Shown: positions 47,143-60,619 of the stretch, piece by piece
How the letters are laid out: every line of letters starts with the position of its first letter
How positions within the stretch are numbered: the first letter of the stretch is position 1
DNA from: Octopus sinensis
Lineage: Eukaryota
NCBI RefSeq assembly: GCF_006345805.1
Contig: NC_042999.1
Span: 131,688,001-131,752,000 of the forward strand
Reading direction: 5' to 3'
Length of the DNA: 64,000 bases
Translations under genes and position numbers: made by a program
The notes under the pieces: generated by a model
Told to the model about the DNA's origin: nothing
Seen by the model: the letters and a program-made list of their open reading frames with translations, nothing else
Databases searched by the model: none

Positions 47143-49817
47143 AATTCAAATCAAATCAAATCAAAATAGACAAAATAGATGAACATCAATGGAATTTGTA
47201 TCTTGTGGTACCAGTGCCTGTGGCACACAAGAAATCCATCAGTGCTGTAGTCAGTGCGGTGGGCACATGACAAACGCCAGCCTCATCTAGCACCTGTGTC
47301 GGTGGCACATAAAAAACACCATCCGAAGACCCGGCAAGACTAGTCAGGCCATAACCCATGGCCCCTACCTGGGACGTAGTCAGTCCACCTGTGCATACCT
47401 TCCTTCTTGTGACACTTGTGAAGACCTGTTGAGGCAAGTGAAAATCAAATCAAAACAAATCAAAATAGATGAACATCAATGGAATTTGTATCTTGTGGTA
47501 CCAGTGCCGGTGGCACGTGGCACACAAGAAAACCATCCGAACGTGGCCGTAGCCAGTACCGCATCGACTGGCCTCCGTGCTGTGGGCACATAACAAGCAC
47601 CATCCGATCGTGGCCGTTTGCCAGCCTCATCTGGCACCTGTGTCGGTGGCACATAAAAAACACCATCCGAGCGTGGCCGTCTGCCAGCCTCGCCTGGCAC
47701 CTGTGTCGGTGGCACATAAAAAACACCATCCGAGCGTGGCCGTTTGCCAGCCTCGTCTGGCACCTGTGTCGGTGGCACATAAAATCACCCACTACACTCT
47801 CGGAGTGGTTGGCGTTAGGAAGGGCATCCAGCTGTAGAAACACTGCCAGATCTGACTGGACTGGTGCAGCTTTCGGGCTCCCCAGACCCCAGTTGAACCG
47901 TCCAACCCATGCTAGCATGGAAAGCGGACGTTAAATGATGATGATGATGATGATGATGATGATGTGTGTGTACATGTATATATATATATAGTAGAAATTG
48001 TGTGTACAAATAGATGTACAACTGCTGCTGTTATACTTACGTGTTAGAGCTCCATGAACAGTCTGCTTTCAGTACATCTAGTTGTTAATTAACTACTGTG
48101 TACTGATTAGTATTACCAGTTATGAACTATAAAGCAAATGTAATGAAAATAAGGATAAAAATGGGTTTATATTAAAGTTCCTATTCACGTTTCACCATTA
48201 TGGTTGTTTGGAGCCCTGCGACAGAAATTTCAAATGCACACAGATGCTCAACCATAACGCATGCTCAAGGAACACTTTATTGTAACAAGTTACAATATTT
48301 TACTATTTTAGTTGTTTCAGTCATTTGACTGTGGCCATCCTGGAGCACCACCTTTAGTCGAGCAAATCAACCCCATGACTTATTCTTTGTAAGCCTAGTA
48401 CTTATTCTATCGGTCTCTTTTGCCAGACCACTAAGTTACGGGGATGTAAATCCACCAGCATCGGTTTTCAAGCGACGTTGGGGGAACAAACACAGACATA
48501 CAAACACACACACAGGCCATAACCCATGGCCCCTACCTGGGACGTAGTCAGTCCACCTGTGCATACCTTCCTTCTTGTGACACTTGTGAAGACCTGTTGA
48601 GGCAAGTGAAAATCAAATCAAAACAAATCAAAATAGATGAACATCAATGGAATCTGTATCTTTGTGGTACCAGTGCCGGTGGCACACATGAGAACCATCC
48701 GAACGTGGCCGTAGCCAGTTCCGCATCGACCGGCCTCCGTGCTGTGGGCACGTAACAAACACCATCCGATCATGGCCGTTTGCCAGCCTCATCTGGCACC
48801 TGTGTCGGTGGCACATAAAAACACCTTCCGAAGACCCGGCAAGACTAGTCAGTCCACTGTGCATACCTTCCTTCCTTCTTGTGACACTTGTGAAGACCGG
48901 TTGAGGCAAGTGAAAATCAAATCAAATCAAATCAAAATAGACAAAATAGATGAACATCAATGGAATTGTATCTTGTGGTACCAGTGCCTGTGGCACACAA
49001 GAAATCCATCAGTGCCGTAGTCAGTGCGGTGGGCACATGACAAACACCATCCGATCGTGGCCGTTCGCCAGCCTCATCTAGCACCTGTGTCGGTGGCACA
49101 TAAAAACACCATCCGAAGACCCGGCAAGACTAGTCAGGCCATAACCCATGGCCCCTACCTGGGACGTAGTCAGTCCACCTGTGCATACCTTCCTTCTTGT
49201 GACACTTGTGAAGACCTGTTGAGGCAAGTGAAAATCAAATCAAATCAAATCAAAACAAATCAAAATAGATGAACATCAATGGAATTTGTATCTTCGTGGT
49301 ACCAGTGCCGGTGGCACGTGGCACATAAGAAAACCATCCGAACGTGGCCGTAGCCAGTACCGCATCGACTGGCCTTCGTGCTGTGGGCACGTAACAAGCA
49401 CCATCCGATCGTGGCCGTTTGCCAGCCTCATCTGGCACCTGTGTCGGTGGCACATAAAAACACCATCCGAGCGTGGCCGTCTGCCAGCCTCGTCTGGCAC
49501 CTGTGTCGGTGGCACATAAAAACACCATCCGAGCGTGGCCGTCTGCCAGCCTCGTCTGGCACCTGTGTCGGTGGCACATAAAAACACCATCCGAGCGTGG
49601 CGTTTGTCAGCCGTCTGGCACCTGTGTGGTGGCACATAAAATCACCCACTACACTCTCGGAGTGGTTGGCGTTAGGAAGGGCATCCAGCTGTAGAAACAC
49701 TGCCAGATCTGACTGGACTGGTGCAGCTTTCGGGCTCCCCAGACCCCAGTTGAACCGTCCAACCCATGCTAGCACGGAAAGCGGACGTTAAATGATGATG
49801 ATGATGATGATGATGAT
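47143..49817 (+). repeat. higher-order tandem array derived from an RTE-tailed retroposon, with a ~60-bp minisatellite
   Basis: Two blocks (47143-47962, 48515-49817), each ending GGCGTTAGGAAGGGCATCCAGCTGTAGAAAC..GTTAAA(TGA)n; internal ~280-320-bp monomers. Confidence 0.75.
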
Positions 49818-49979
49818 ACGATGGACTTCTTTCAGTTTCTGTCTACCAAATCCACTCACAAGGCTTTGATCGGCCTGAGGCTATAGTAGAAGACACTTGT
49901 CCAAGGTGCCACATATAGGACTGAACCCAGAACCATGTGGTTAGTAAGCAAGCTACTTACCACACACCCACTCCTATGC

Positions 49980-50025
<46 letters not shown>

Positions 50026-51599
50026 TACTTACATATAAACTAGAATACCTGAATGCATGCATTCATACTGGAACTCTTACATGTACATTTATCTGGACAT
50101 TTTGTAGCATTATTTGTTCCAGGGAATATAGTATCAGAGAGAAAGAGAGAGCGATAGACAGACACACAAACAGAGAGGTGGGGGAACATTTTAAAATTGG
50201 TTTTCAAAAGGTTTCCAAGGTTATAGGTACAATTAATTCTCAAAGAAACTATTATACTAACTATAAATAATTCATGCTGGCTATAAAAAGATTTAGCTAG
50301 CGGAATATTCAACTGTCCTTTGCTCTCTCTCTCTCTCTCCCTCCCTCTTTAATTCTTCCTTTCTTTGTTCTTTTGTTGTTTTCTGTCAAATATATGGCAG
50401 TGTTAGATACCCCCTTTTTTTTTCCTTTTAGTCTATCATAGCCTTCCGGCTTCACATGATTGCTTAAATATATAAAGAATCACAGGCTAGAACATTTAGA
50501 TACACACATAACTGGAATATTTTCTTATACACACATTGTTGACGTTATAAAAATTTGGAACTCCAAGCAGATAAAACTATAAATAATTGTTAATAGATTT
50601 TGATTTTTGTCCTTTTGTGGCCGATAAAATAAGTATCAGTTGAATACTGAGGTTCATGTAATCAACTAGCTTCCTCCTCTGTAATATCAGGTCTTGTACC
50701 TATATTCTTTTATTCTTTTCTTTTATTCTTTTATTTGTTTCAGTCATTTGACTGCAGCCATGCTGGAGCACCGCCTTTAGTCAAGCAAATCAACCCCAGG
50801 ACTTATTCTTTGTAAGCCTAGTACTTATTCTATCAGTCTCTCTTGCCGAACTGCTAAGTGACGGGGACGTAAACACACCAGCATCGGTCATCAAGCGATG
50901 TTGGGGGACAAACACAGACACTCAAACATATATATATATATATATACGATTGGCTTCTTTCAGTTTCAGTCTACCAAATCCACTCACAAGGCTTTGGTCG
51001 GCCCAAGGCTATAGTAGAAGACACTTGCCCAAGGTGCCACACAGTGGGACTGAACCCAGAACCATGTGGTTGGTAAGCAAGCTACTTACCACACAGCCAC
51101 TCCTGCAGTAGAAAGAAGAAAAGTAAATGTTCGGTGAAATGTACTAAATTAGTTTTCCACAAAATATACCTGTAAAATAGAAGTGCATCTTATGTGAAAA
51201 TGTGACTTATACGGCAAATATGCTAATTTGTTTTAATGGTGATTGTTTGTTGTATCTGATATAATGAATGTTTCATAATCTGTTTTGTTTTTTGTTTTAT
51301 TATTTTATATATTGTCTTTTGTAATGACTACCAAATAACCAACCTTTTGTATAGTCTGTTATAATAGCTATTGTGTTGCCTATTGTGGCAGTCCTTTTTT
51401 TTCTTTTTTCCTTTTCCTTTTTGCACCACGGACTGGTTTCAAGCAAGACAATTTTTCCACCGAGCAGAGAATCTCACGCAAATCAAAATAAAATGCATAA
51501 TATATAATTTAATTATTACACACACACACATATTCGTGTGCACACGCACATACACATACATGCTTACTTTGCTTATGATAGTCCATCAAAGGTGATGAC

Positions 51600-52150
51600 A
51601 GCGTCAGTCTAAGACATCTTCCTCCCCCTCAAGTATATTGTTTCTTATGGAAGCAAATATGACTGACAAGACCGATACGAGGTAGACAGATCCTGCGGCA
51701 CTGAGAGGAGCAAAAGTGACACCGAACATAAGCTGCAAAGTGTTGATGACGATGTCTATTCTTCTCTTCATGTAGTCTGCTGCATTCGGTTTCAAAGCGT
51801 TCTACTCCAGCAACACACATGGGCCTACATACCTTCTGATTAACAGCCAGGGGCTCTGACCAGTTGCGAAGGACACCACATAAAATGAAAAATCACTTGA
51901 GATGATCATGTAGATGAAGTTTTAGACATCCACAAGGCCTACTTCCACTCTTGATTTTGCAGATGATCATCTTTGAGAGCCTAAATCACATAGGAAATCC
52001 AGCAAGGAAAACTATGAAGGATGCAGGTTTCAACGCTGTAGATCTCAGCCCTCAAGAGGATTTCAGTATGAGGTTCATTGTCCTTCCACATGAGACCGAG
52101 GATACTTTGGTATGATCTTATTTAGAACGCTTTGAGTTGTCTGATCTGGC
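51600..52150 (-). pseudogene. RTE-clade LINE ORF2 C-terminal fragment
   Basis: KSGSRPCGCLKLHLHDHLK and CSSQCRRICLPRIGLVSH resemble the RTE C-terminus and terminal C2H2-like motif. Confidence 0.7.
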
Positions 52151-52653
52151 CCCTATAAAAGGTCTAGTACTCAGACCCTTGCAAGAGGGTGGGTGCACAT
52201 TACATGTGTGTGTGTGTGGTGTGTGTGTGTAAAGGTAAGGAGCAAGGTGTAAGGAAGTAGTAAGTTTCAAGCAGGCCGTAGAAGGCATAAAAAACAACAT
52301 CCAGGAACAATAGTGGTATCTTGAAGTGGAAAGTTGTAAATTTTTCCCATATCGAAATTTGATTACCTGAAAAAGTTGCTTTGTAACTTACGGTTAGCAG
52401 CAGGGTTCACTGTGTATGCAAATACAAATCCAAGTTAGGGAATGGACTAGCAGGAACTCAGAAGTAGTAACTATCCAAACTATGGGGTAATCTGCTAGCT
52501 ACTCATCAGGACATCTTAATCAAAAGAAGTTAACATTGTCATCAAGGGATCTTGTGTTGATTTACATATATATATATATATATATAACGGGAAGCTTTAT
52601 GAAAATAGACAAAAGACGAAGGCAGGTTTTCGGAAATAATATATATATATATA

Positions 52654-53894
52654 CACAGACATGAAAGAAGTAAATAAACACCCTTATAATCATTAAAATT
52701 TATTTAAATCTGAAATTATACATTCAAATTATTTGTTCGTTGTTATGTGAACATTTAATATTTAGTAGACATGCTCTTTGCATTTTTCAATGCAAAGGCC
52801 CTATTAGGCATGTTACTGATCAGATGGTGAATATTCTCTTAGGGAATTTCTTGCTAAGTTTCAAGCAATAATCTCAAAAGGTCTGACTTTGAAGATGCTT
52901 TCTTGTTCTGTTTATGAAATGTCCTGTCCATTATGCCTCAGATGTCTTCTATAGGGTTCATATCTGGTGACTGGCTTGGCTTTGGAAGCTTTCTAACGCC
53001 ATTCTTTTCCAAAAAATCTTGGGTCATTTTAACCATGTGACAAGGAAACCCATCTTCCATAAATAGAGAGTCTTCTTTAATCATTTCACCACTGGAGAAG
53101 TTTGGATGGAGTCCTTTCTGCAATATAGACACATATTTATTTGAGTTTATCTTTCCCTCACACTCCACTAGCTCTGATCAACCATTGCTCCAAATTGTTT
53201 CCCAGACCATCACAGAATAGCTGCTGTGTTTCATTGCTGGTTGCAATCTTTATTTTAAACGCAGTCTTCAGACCCACACTCGACCACTGTTAGGAAATAC
53301 AGCAAATCTGGACTCATCAGAGAATATGACAGTGTCCCAAAATGCTAATGGCCTTTCCACCATCTCACTGGCCCAATCTTTACTCCGCTTCATATTGGCT
53401 AGTCAAAGATGTAGCTTCCTTCTTGCTGCTCTGCCATAGTAACCAAGTTTGTGGAGATACCTGACAGTTGTTCTGGGACTGACATCAACTTGCTCTGCTA
53501 TGTCAGAGGTCTTGCAATGAGGATTATCCCCCACACTTCACTTAGCAAAGAGAAGGGTCCTGTCAGAGGGTCCTGGTTTATCTGGACAAGGGGTTGTAGA
53601 CTCCTTCCCCTCTCTGGTGAATTGCACAATCACTCTATTAACTGTAGAATGAGGGATCCCAAGGTTTTCTGTGATTTTACGCTGACTATGCCCACCTTCA
53701 GAATGCTGCACAATATGGCTTCTTCGAAATTCAGACAGTTCTAAGGCTTCTTTTGTACATGGCATGATTAAACAGTTACATATAGAATCTGAAACATAAA
53801 AATGTCAATTAATAAGAAATATAAACATTTACAAGTTAGAATAAACAGAAAATGATGTTTTGTGGGGTGTCTATTTACTTCTAACATGTGTGTG
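52654..53894 (-). mobile_element. Tc1-like DNA transposon, degraded, full length
   Basis: TA-flanked imperfect ~30-bp TIRs (CACA(G/C)ACATG..AGAAGTAAATA(A/G)ACACCC); transposase 53765-52755 with HTH region, FSDES, FMEDG, SPDMNPIE and several stops. Confidence 0.9.
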
Positions 53895-53935
<41 letters not shown>

Positions 53936-54244
53936 ATATATATGTATATATGTGTGTGAGTATATATATATATATGCATATATATGTATATATATATGTA
54001 TATGTACATATATATGTATGCATATATGTATATATATGTATATACATATATATACAAATAAATACATATATATATATATATATATATAACACACACACAC
54101 ATACAGATATATATATATATTATATATACACATATATACATACATATATATATATACATATATATATGTGTGTATATATATATGTGTATATATACGTATA
54201 TATGTATGTATATATATGCATATATATACATATATATATGCATA

Positions 54245-54332
<88 letters not shown>

Positions 54333-54345
54333 TATACATATATTT
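53895..54345. repeat. ~450-bp compound (TA)n/(TG)n/(CA)n microsatellite
   Basis: Direct reading; produces the long YI-rich spurious ORFs. Confidence 0.95.
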
Positions 54346-54352
54346 TTTTTTT

Positions 54353-55522
54353 ATCCTGATATTCACGACTTTCTGAAGGATAGAAGTCAGGTGGTAGTAG
54401 CCAATGGGGCCGACTCCAATGACACACAAATAGTGAGCGGTGTTCTGCAAGGCACTGTTTTAGGACCACTACTGTTCATAATGACCCTGTCAGACATGCC
54501 CTCAGCCACACAGAGAGCCACGATCATAAGTTATGCAGATGATACAAAAGTTTCACAGGTAATACAGAACCCTGAAGACACTATGCACCTGCAATGTGAG
54601 CTGGATGAAATATACAAGTGGGCCAAAAAGAATAGCATGCAGTTTAATGCTGAAAAGTTTCAAGCTTTGTGCTATCAGCATGCAAAACTAAATGCAATAC
54701 CCAATAAATACAATGGATCTGGAGGGATTTGCAATCCCAGAGGCACAATCAGTGCGAGACCTGGGCATTTACATGAGTAATGATGCAACCTTCCATGTGC
54801 ATGTTGCTAAATTGGCAATGAAATGTAGGTGGCTGACCGGATGGATTCTTAGAACTTTTAGAACAAGAGGCCAGGAAATCATGATGGTTCTCTGGAGGAC
54901 ACTTGTCCTAAGCCACTTTGACTATTGCTCTCAGCTATGGTCACCAACCAGTGTCAAATTAATCTCAGAACTTGAGGCAATCCAACGAAGCTACACGAAG
55001 AAGATAGCCTCTATGCAGCATATAAGCTATTGGGAAAGACTCAAAAGATTAAGACTCTATTCCTTAGAGCATAGGCGAGAAAGATATGCCATAATATACA
55101 TCTGGAAGATCCTGGAAGGACTTGTCCCAAACTTTGGCATCGAGAGTTACACAAATACTAGAACTGGGTGCCACTGCATAGTGCCAAGGACTCCAAATTT
55201 GCCATCAAGATGTAGGACAAGATACTGCAATAGCCTGGGTTTCAGAGGTCCACAGCTCTTCAGTATCCTCCCGAAGGACTTGAGACACCTGCATGGGGTG
55301 GATGTAGGTGTCTTCAAAATAAAGCTGGACCTCTTCCTGTCAGGTGTCCCAGATGAACCAACTTCGCGGCAGGAGGTGCAGATGAGGGCAGCTGCATCAA
55401 ACTCTCTTATGCACCAAATGTCAATTGCTGAAAAGCATTCGTAAAGTAAAATTATATAGCAACACCAAATGGCTGTGCCCCAGCATAGCCACAGCTCATG
55501 AGCTGAAACTAGATGGAATAAA
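54353..55522 (+). mobile_element. 5'-truncated CR1-group LINE, one frameshift, tail shared with SINE family O
   Basis: [37 protein letters not shown]; 3' end GGCTGTGCCCCAGCATAGCCACAGCTCATGAGCTGAAAC. Confidence 0.88.
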
Positions 55523-55745
55523 TATATATATATCAGGATTAAATAAAAAGAAGACAACAAATGGAAAATATGACATACCTATATATATATATCAGATTAA
55601 GATTAATGTAAAAAATAAATAACACTGAAACAAAATAACACCAAATATATAGTGCATGTGTTTTTATTGGCTAAACTGGCAAAATGACCATTCCGAAATA
55701 TAGCAATATCTGGTTCAACACACGACTTTACGTAAAAAATCTTGC

Positions 55746-55801
<56 letters not shown>

Positions 55802-55954
55802 TTAAGTAGTTGAATGAATTATCTTAGTATGGATAATTCGGTTAACCGATACCTGGGTAGCAAATTCACGTCAGCAAAACACGGTTGAAGCTACATGCCA
55901 AAGGCAGAGATCACGTGCTTTCGTGTGGAAATTTGTGTGTTTTTTTAATACAAA

Positions 55955-56130
55955 AAAATGAAAGAATGGAGTTGAACGACGATTTAACAAAATTCCTTTA
56001 TTCTCGACATATATTTCGAAGGCTGCATATTCCTAATTTCGAAGGAATAAGGGGTGCATTATGCCACCTTCTCATCAGGAAAAACAAGGAACTTATGTTA
56101 AATCGTCGTTCAACTCCATTCTTTCATTTT
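55955..56130 (-). ncRNA. type-I hammerhead ribozyme motif closed by a perfect 35-bp inverted repeat
   Basis: Minus strand C-CTGATGA(56078-56072)-GAAGG..CCTTC-GAAA-T-ATAT-GTC(56006)-G; stem I continues into the IR 55955-55989 / 56096-56130. Confidence 0.8.
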
Positions 56131-56177
<47 letters not shown>

Positions 56178-56729
56178 ATGTATATATGTATGTATGTATA
56201 TAATTCACAAAAACTTGTGTAATAAACAAACATATACTAAATACAGAGGCGAACAGAAAGCACAAGGTAACCAACTCCTTACCAGTTTCGGCCATTATCG
56301 GTATTGTAGTCTGCAACAAAAGTTGTGTGGTCATTTATAACGTCTGTTATGAGAAGTGGTCTACAATTTGTTGCAATGTCTGTTACACCAATTCTTCTTT
56401 TTTGTGATAACTGTTTTGAATTGTATATTGTAACGTCTGTTATCATGATTGATGTTTCCGACGGTTGTAATGACCATTGTCATTGTATTGTCTGTTGTGA
56501 AAACTTGCAACGGCTGTTGTAGTTTTTAGTTGTATAGTCTGTTATAACGTTTTAAAAAAATTTTTTTGTTTTTACATTCACATAATGTAATGACTATAGA
56601 ACATGCACTTATATCTCATATTACTAGAATAGAATGAAATATTGATTTCTGTTGATTAGACAGGAAGATAGTTGTAGTCTTATGAACTTCTCGTTTTCCA
56701 CCGGTATATATTTCATCGACTTAATGATA

Positions 56730-58550
56730 ATAATGGTTTCAAATTTTGGCACTAAGCCAGCAATTTTTGGTGTACGAGTAAATAGATTACGTTGATTCCA
56801 GTATGCAATTAGTGCTTAGTTTACTGTCTTGAAAAGACGAAAGGCAAAGTCGATGTCGGCGGATCTGAACTCAGAATGTTTATGATGGACAAAATACCGC
56901 TAAGCATTTTGTCCGGTATGCTAATGATTCTGCCAGCTCGCCGCTTTCTTAATAGTAACAACAACAACAACAATAACAATAATAATGATAATAATAAAGA
57001 TCTTGAAATAGAAATGTGCAAAATGTGGAACCTGAAGACTAAAACAATACCTGTTGTCATAGGTGCCCTGGGAATGATTGCAAAAGGGGTTGATTGCTAC
57101 CTAGCTCAGATACCAGGAAACCCCAAAATGGCAGAAATTCAAAAGATAGTGCTCGTGGGAATTGCTCATATCCTACGCAAAATACTTTCCATGTAATCTC
57201 AAGTTTTAAAACAAACATAATTTTCTTATGGTTTCTTAAACATTCTCTAGAACAACGCTATGTACAAAACCAAATACATGGCACCCTAGGCATAACACCA
57301 ACATGATCTTCCAACTTGTTGTCTCTTGAAGTCTCTGGGTGAGACTCGGAGCCAACTTGTACAAATATAAAGCAAAAGTCAAACGTAAAATAATAATAAT
57401 AATAATAATAATATAATAATAATAATAATCCTGTCTATTATAGGCACAAGGCATGAAATTTTTTTCGGGGAGGGGCCAGTCGATTAGCTCGACCCCAGTA
57501 CACAACTGGTGCTTAATTTATCGACCCTGAAAGGATGAAAAGCAAAGTCGACCTTGGCGGAATTTCAGCTCAGAACGTAGCGGCAGGCAAAATACCACTA
57601 AGCATTTCATCTGGCGTGTTAACGGTTCTGCCAGTTCGCAGCTTTCCTAGTAATAATCATAATAATGGTTTTAAATCTTGGCACAAGACCAGCGATTTCG
57701 GGGAAGAGCATAAGTCGATTACACCGAACCCAGTGCTTAACTGGTACTTATTTTATCGACCCCGAAGCGATAAAAGAAAAATGCTGATAAGCATTTTGTC
57801 AGGCATGCTAACGATTCTACCAACTTACCACCTTTGTTTTGATTTTGACGGAAAGGCAGCAATTTCGAGGGGATGAAGTTTGTTGATAACAGTAACCCCA
57901 GTGCATGGCTGGAACTTTATTTTATCGACGCCCAAAACGAAGGAAAGCGCAGTCGACCTTGTTGGGATTTGAACTTAAAATGTACAGAGTTGGAACTAAT
58001 AATGCAAAGTATTTTTTCTGACACACTAACGATTTTGCCAAGCCACCTCTATGCTACAAATAATTTGGTGCTACTTTGGCGTATGATCTACAACTTCAAG
58101 GGCGATTACTTTATGTTAGTTTTTAGTTTCTTTACGTTGCAAAACACGCAACTGCCAAACTTGTGTGATCTACGCGCTTATTTTAATTATTATATTGTTT
58201 ATTCTTGGTTTCTTATTATCATTTACTAAGACATAAATGGGACATGGCTTTATTATTATTAAAATAGTAAGAATTTTGAAAACTTCATTTACAGTGTTTG
58301 ATATGTACAAGAGAATTTATTGCAAAAAATATTTAGCCATCTTAAGGGTTTTTAGAAATTGAAAAGTAAATTAAAAAGTAACCTAAAGTAATCATCCTTT
58401 AAGTTGTAGATCACACGCCAAAGTAGCACCAATAATCTTTTCTCATATAGGCACAAGGCGTGGCATTTTTCGGGAAGGGCTAGTCGATTATATCGACTCC
58501 AGTATTCAGCTAGTATTTATTTCATCAACTCCGAAAAGATGAAAGGCAAA
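56730..58550 (-). mobile_element. cluster of at least five family M SINEs
   Basis: Copies at about 56730-56945, 57425-57640, 57660-57820, 57850-58050, 58440-58550. Confidence 0.8.
56997..57390 (+). mobile_element. 5'-truncated R4/Dong-type (RLE) non-LTR retrotransposon 3' end in (AAT)n
   Basis: DLEIEMCKMW..IPVVIGALG..IQK.VLVG.AHILRK.L* (stop 57196) matches the RLE C-terminus pattern of R4-clade elements; flanked on both sides by AAT repeats. Confidence 0.75.
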
Positions 58551-58761
58551 GAGTGTGACAAGGCTGGCCCTTTGAAATACAGGTATTACTCATTTTTACC
58601 AGCTGAGTGGACTGGAGTAACATAAAATGAAGTGTCTTACTTAAGGACACAACGCATCGCCGGAAATTGAACTCACGACATCACGATCGTGAGCCGAATG
58701 CCCTAACCACTAAGCCACACGCCTTCGCACACACTATATATATATATATATCGACCTCACA

Positions 58762-58942
58762 TACTCAATATGTGCTTTGCTTGTTCGCCGAGTTGCTGTG
58801 GTATAACTCTTTGAGGACGACTCCCTCATAACAGTGGGTACTAAAACACTTGAAAGTCGTAAACACCCAGTGTTATGAGAGATTTATCCCCAAAGCGTTA
58901 TCCCACAGCGACTCGGCGAACAAGCAAAACACACGTTGAGTA
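58762..58942. repeat. ~180-bp fold-back (imperfect long inverted repeat)
   Basis: 58762-58817 pairs with 58887-58942 (about 7 mismatches); inner arms CTCATAACAGTGGGT / ACCCAGTGTTATGAG. Confidence 0.85.
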
Positions 58943-58981
58943 CTGCTTACAACACAAGCGCCGCTTTTAATTCGTAATCGA

Positions 58982-59032
<51 letters not shown>

Positions 59033-59656
59033 CATACATATACATATGTGTTTGTGCGTGTTCCATCACTATCACTGGACAACCGGAGTTGCTTTGTTTA
59101 CGTGCCTGTAACCTAGTGGTTCTGCAAAGGAGTCCGATTTGTTGGTCTAAAACCCTCCAAGGCAGTGCCCCAGCATGACCGCAGTCTAATGGCTGAAACA
59201 AGTAAAAGATAAACGGTACACATAGCAACTCATTTTATAAACATGTTTCAAGGAGGCGTTGTTAAAAGATCATATTTTAGTGAGCCAGTCTATTATAGTT
59301 ACTGCAAATCTTATAAAGTGATCAGCATAAACCAGAGGAGTTTAGGAGTTAAGGTTTTCCACTTTCGACTAAATTTTGATTAAAATATTTTGATTTTAAA
59401 AGTTTTGATATATATATATTTCGTCCTTGTTTTCGTATACATTCGCTGCTTTCTTCCAAGGAATCTAATGCTCTTAGATTAGTTTTTCATTGGGGCTGGT
59501 CAGATTGGAGCAATCTCGAGTATAACCAGCCGAAATTGCAAAGATAATCTGGAACTCGACTGAAGAAAGAAAACTTCGAATGACCCGTCCGTGATTTTTC
59601 TTGTCCCTCTTTTGCGTCATCTGTCTGGATGTTTTGTTGTCCCTTTTTTGTATTCC

Positions 59657-59797
<141 letters not shown>

Positions 59798-60619
59798 AGA
59801 GGCAGTGGGGATGCGTTTCATTTAGTCTGCTTTGCTGTTTAATTAGAAAATAACAACAACAAAAAGCAAAACATTTATTGATTAACATTATTTGACCCAT
59901 AAACAAAACTCCTAGTTCGTTTCATACTGGAGAAGCGCAAAGCTGTTGCTGTAAAAACGTTGAGAAGGAGAGGGAGGAACAATGAGAAAGAAAGAGGAGG
60001 AGCGGAAGAGAGAAAGTAAACGAGGAAGGATTGGGGAAGGGTGGCAGAGATAAAAAGAGAAATAACGATTTAGGGAAAGTATGATTTGAACAGCTGTGTT
60101 ACCATCCAGCATGTTTTGCTCCGATATGACAATATGTTAATATGCAAAAATACTGACAGAATTGTATCTAGGACAAATTTCATTTTAGACATATGCGTTA
60201 GTACACACTCTCACACGCACACACACACACATATCTATACATAAATAGCCACATGCAAATTAGATGCAAGAATAATTGGTAGGCTTAAAAGCATTAATTA
60301 GGGACGTCAAAAAATCGATTTAGCTTGCAGGGAAACTGTTTGACACATACATGTGGGCGTGTCAGTGCGCGCGATATTGTGTTTGGGTATCTTTTCTCTT
60401 TTACTTGTTTCAGTCAATGGGCTGTGGTCATACTGGAGCACCGCCTTGACACTACGTGGTTACAATGCAAACTTCTTAATCACACAGCAAACCCCGCGCC
60501 TATACACATGTAGAGATGCTGAAGAAAGGAGTAAGAAACTTTAGAATAGATTTTCTTCATCAATGCAGTGCGTGTATCTCAAATAAAAAAAACAACAAAT
60601 TACATCAATATGGCCCAGT

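Noticed and set aside
47580-47790. CRISPR-like appearance of the ~60-bp hairpin repeats
   Set aside because: Units are contiguous with no unique spacers, there are no cas genes, and the context is eukaryotic retroposon DNA.
49428-49640. Similarity of CCAGCCTCGTCTGGC to HDV ribozyme P3/L3
   Set aside because: No P1 partner, P1.1 or P4/J4-2 could be built.
53768-54469. Long YI/VC/HT-rich ORFs here and at 980-1763, 41705-42847, 44356-44914, 59474-59906
   Set aside because: They are translations of dinucleotide and tetranucleotide microsatellites, not genes.
59555-59600. CTGAAGA..CTTCGAATGACCCGTC hammerhead-like string
   Set aside because: GAAA is incomplete and stem I does not pair; at best a very decayed relic.
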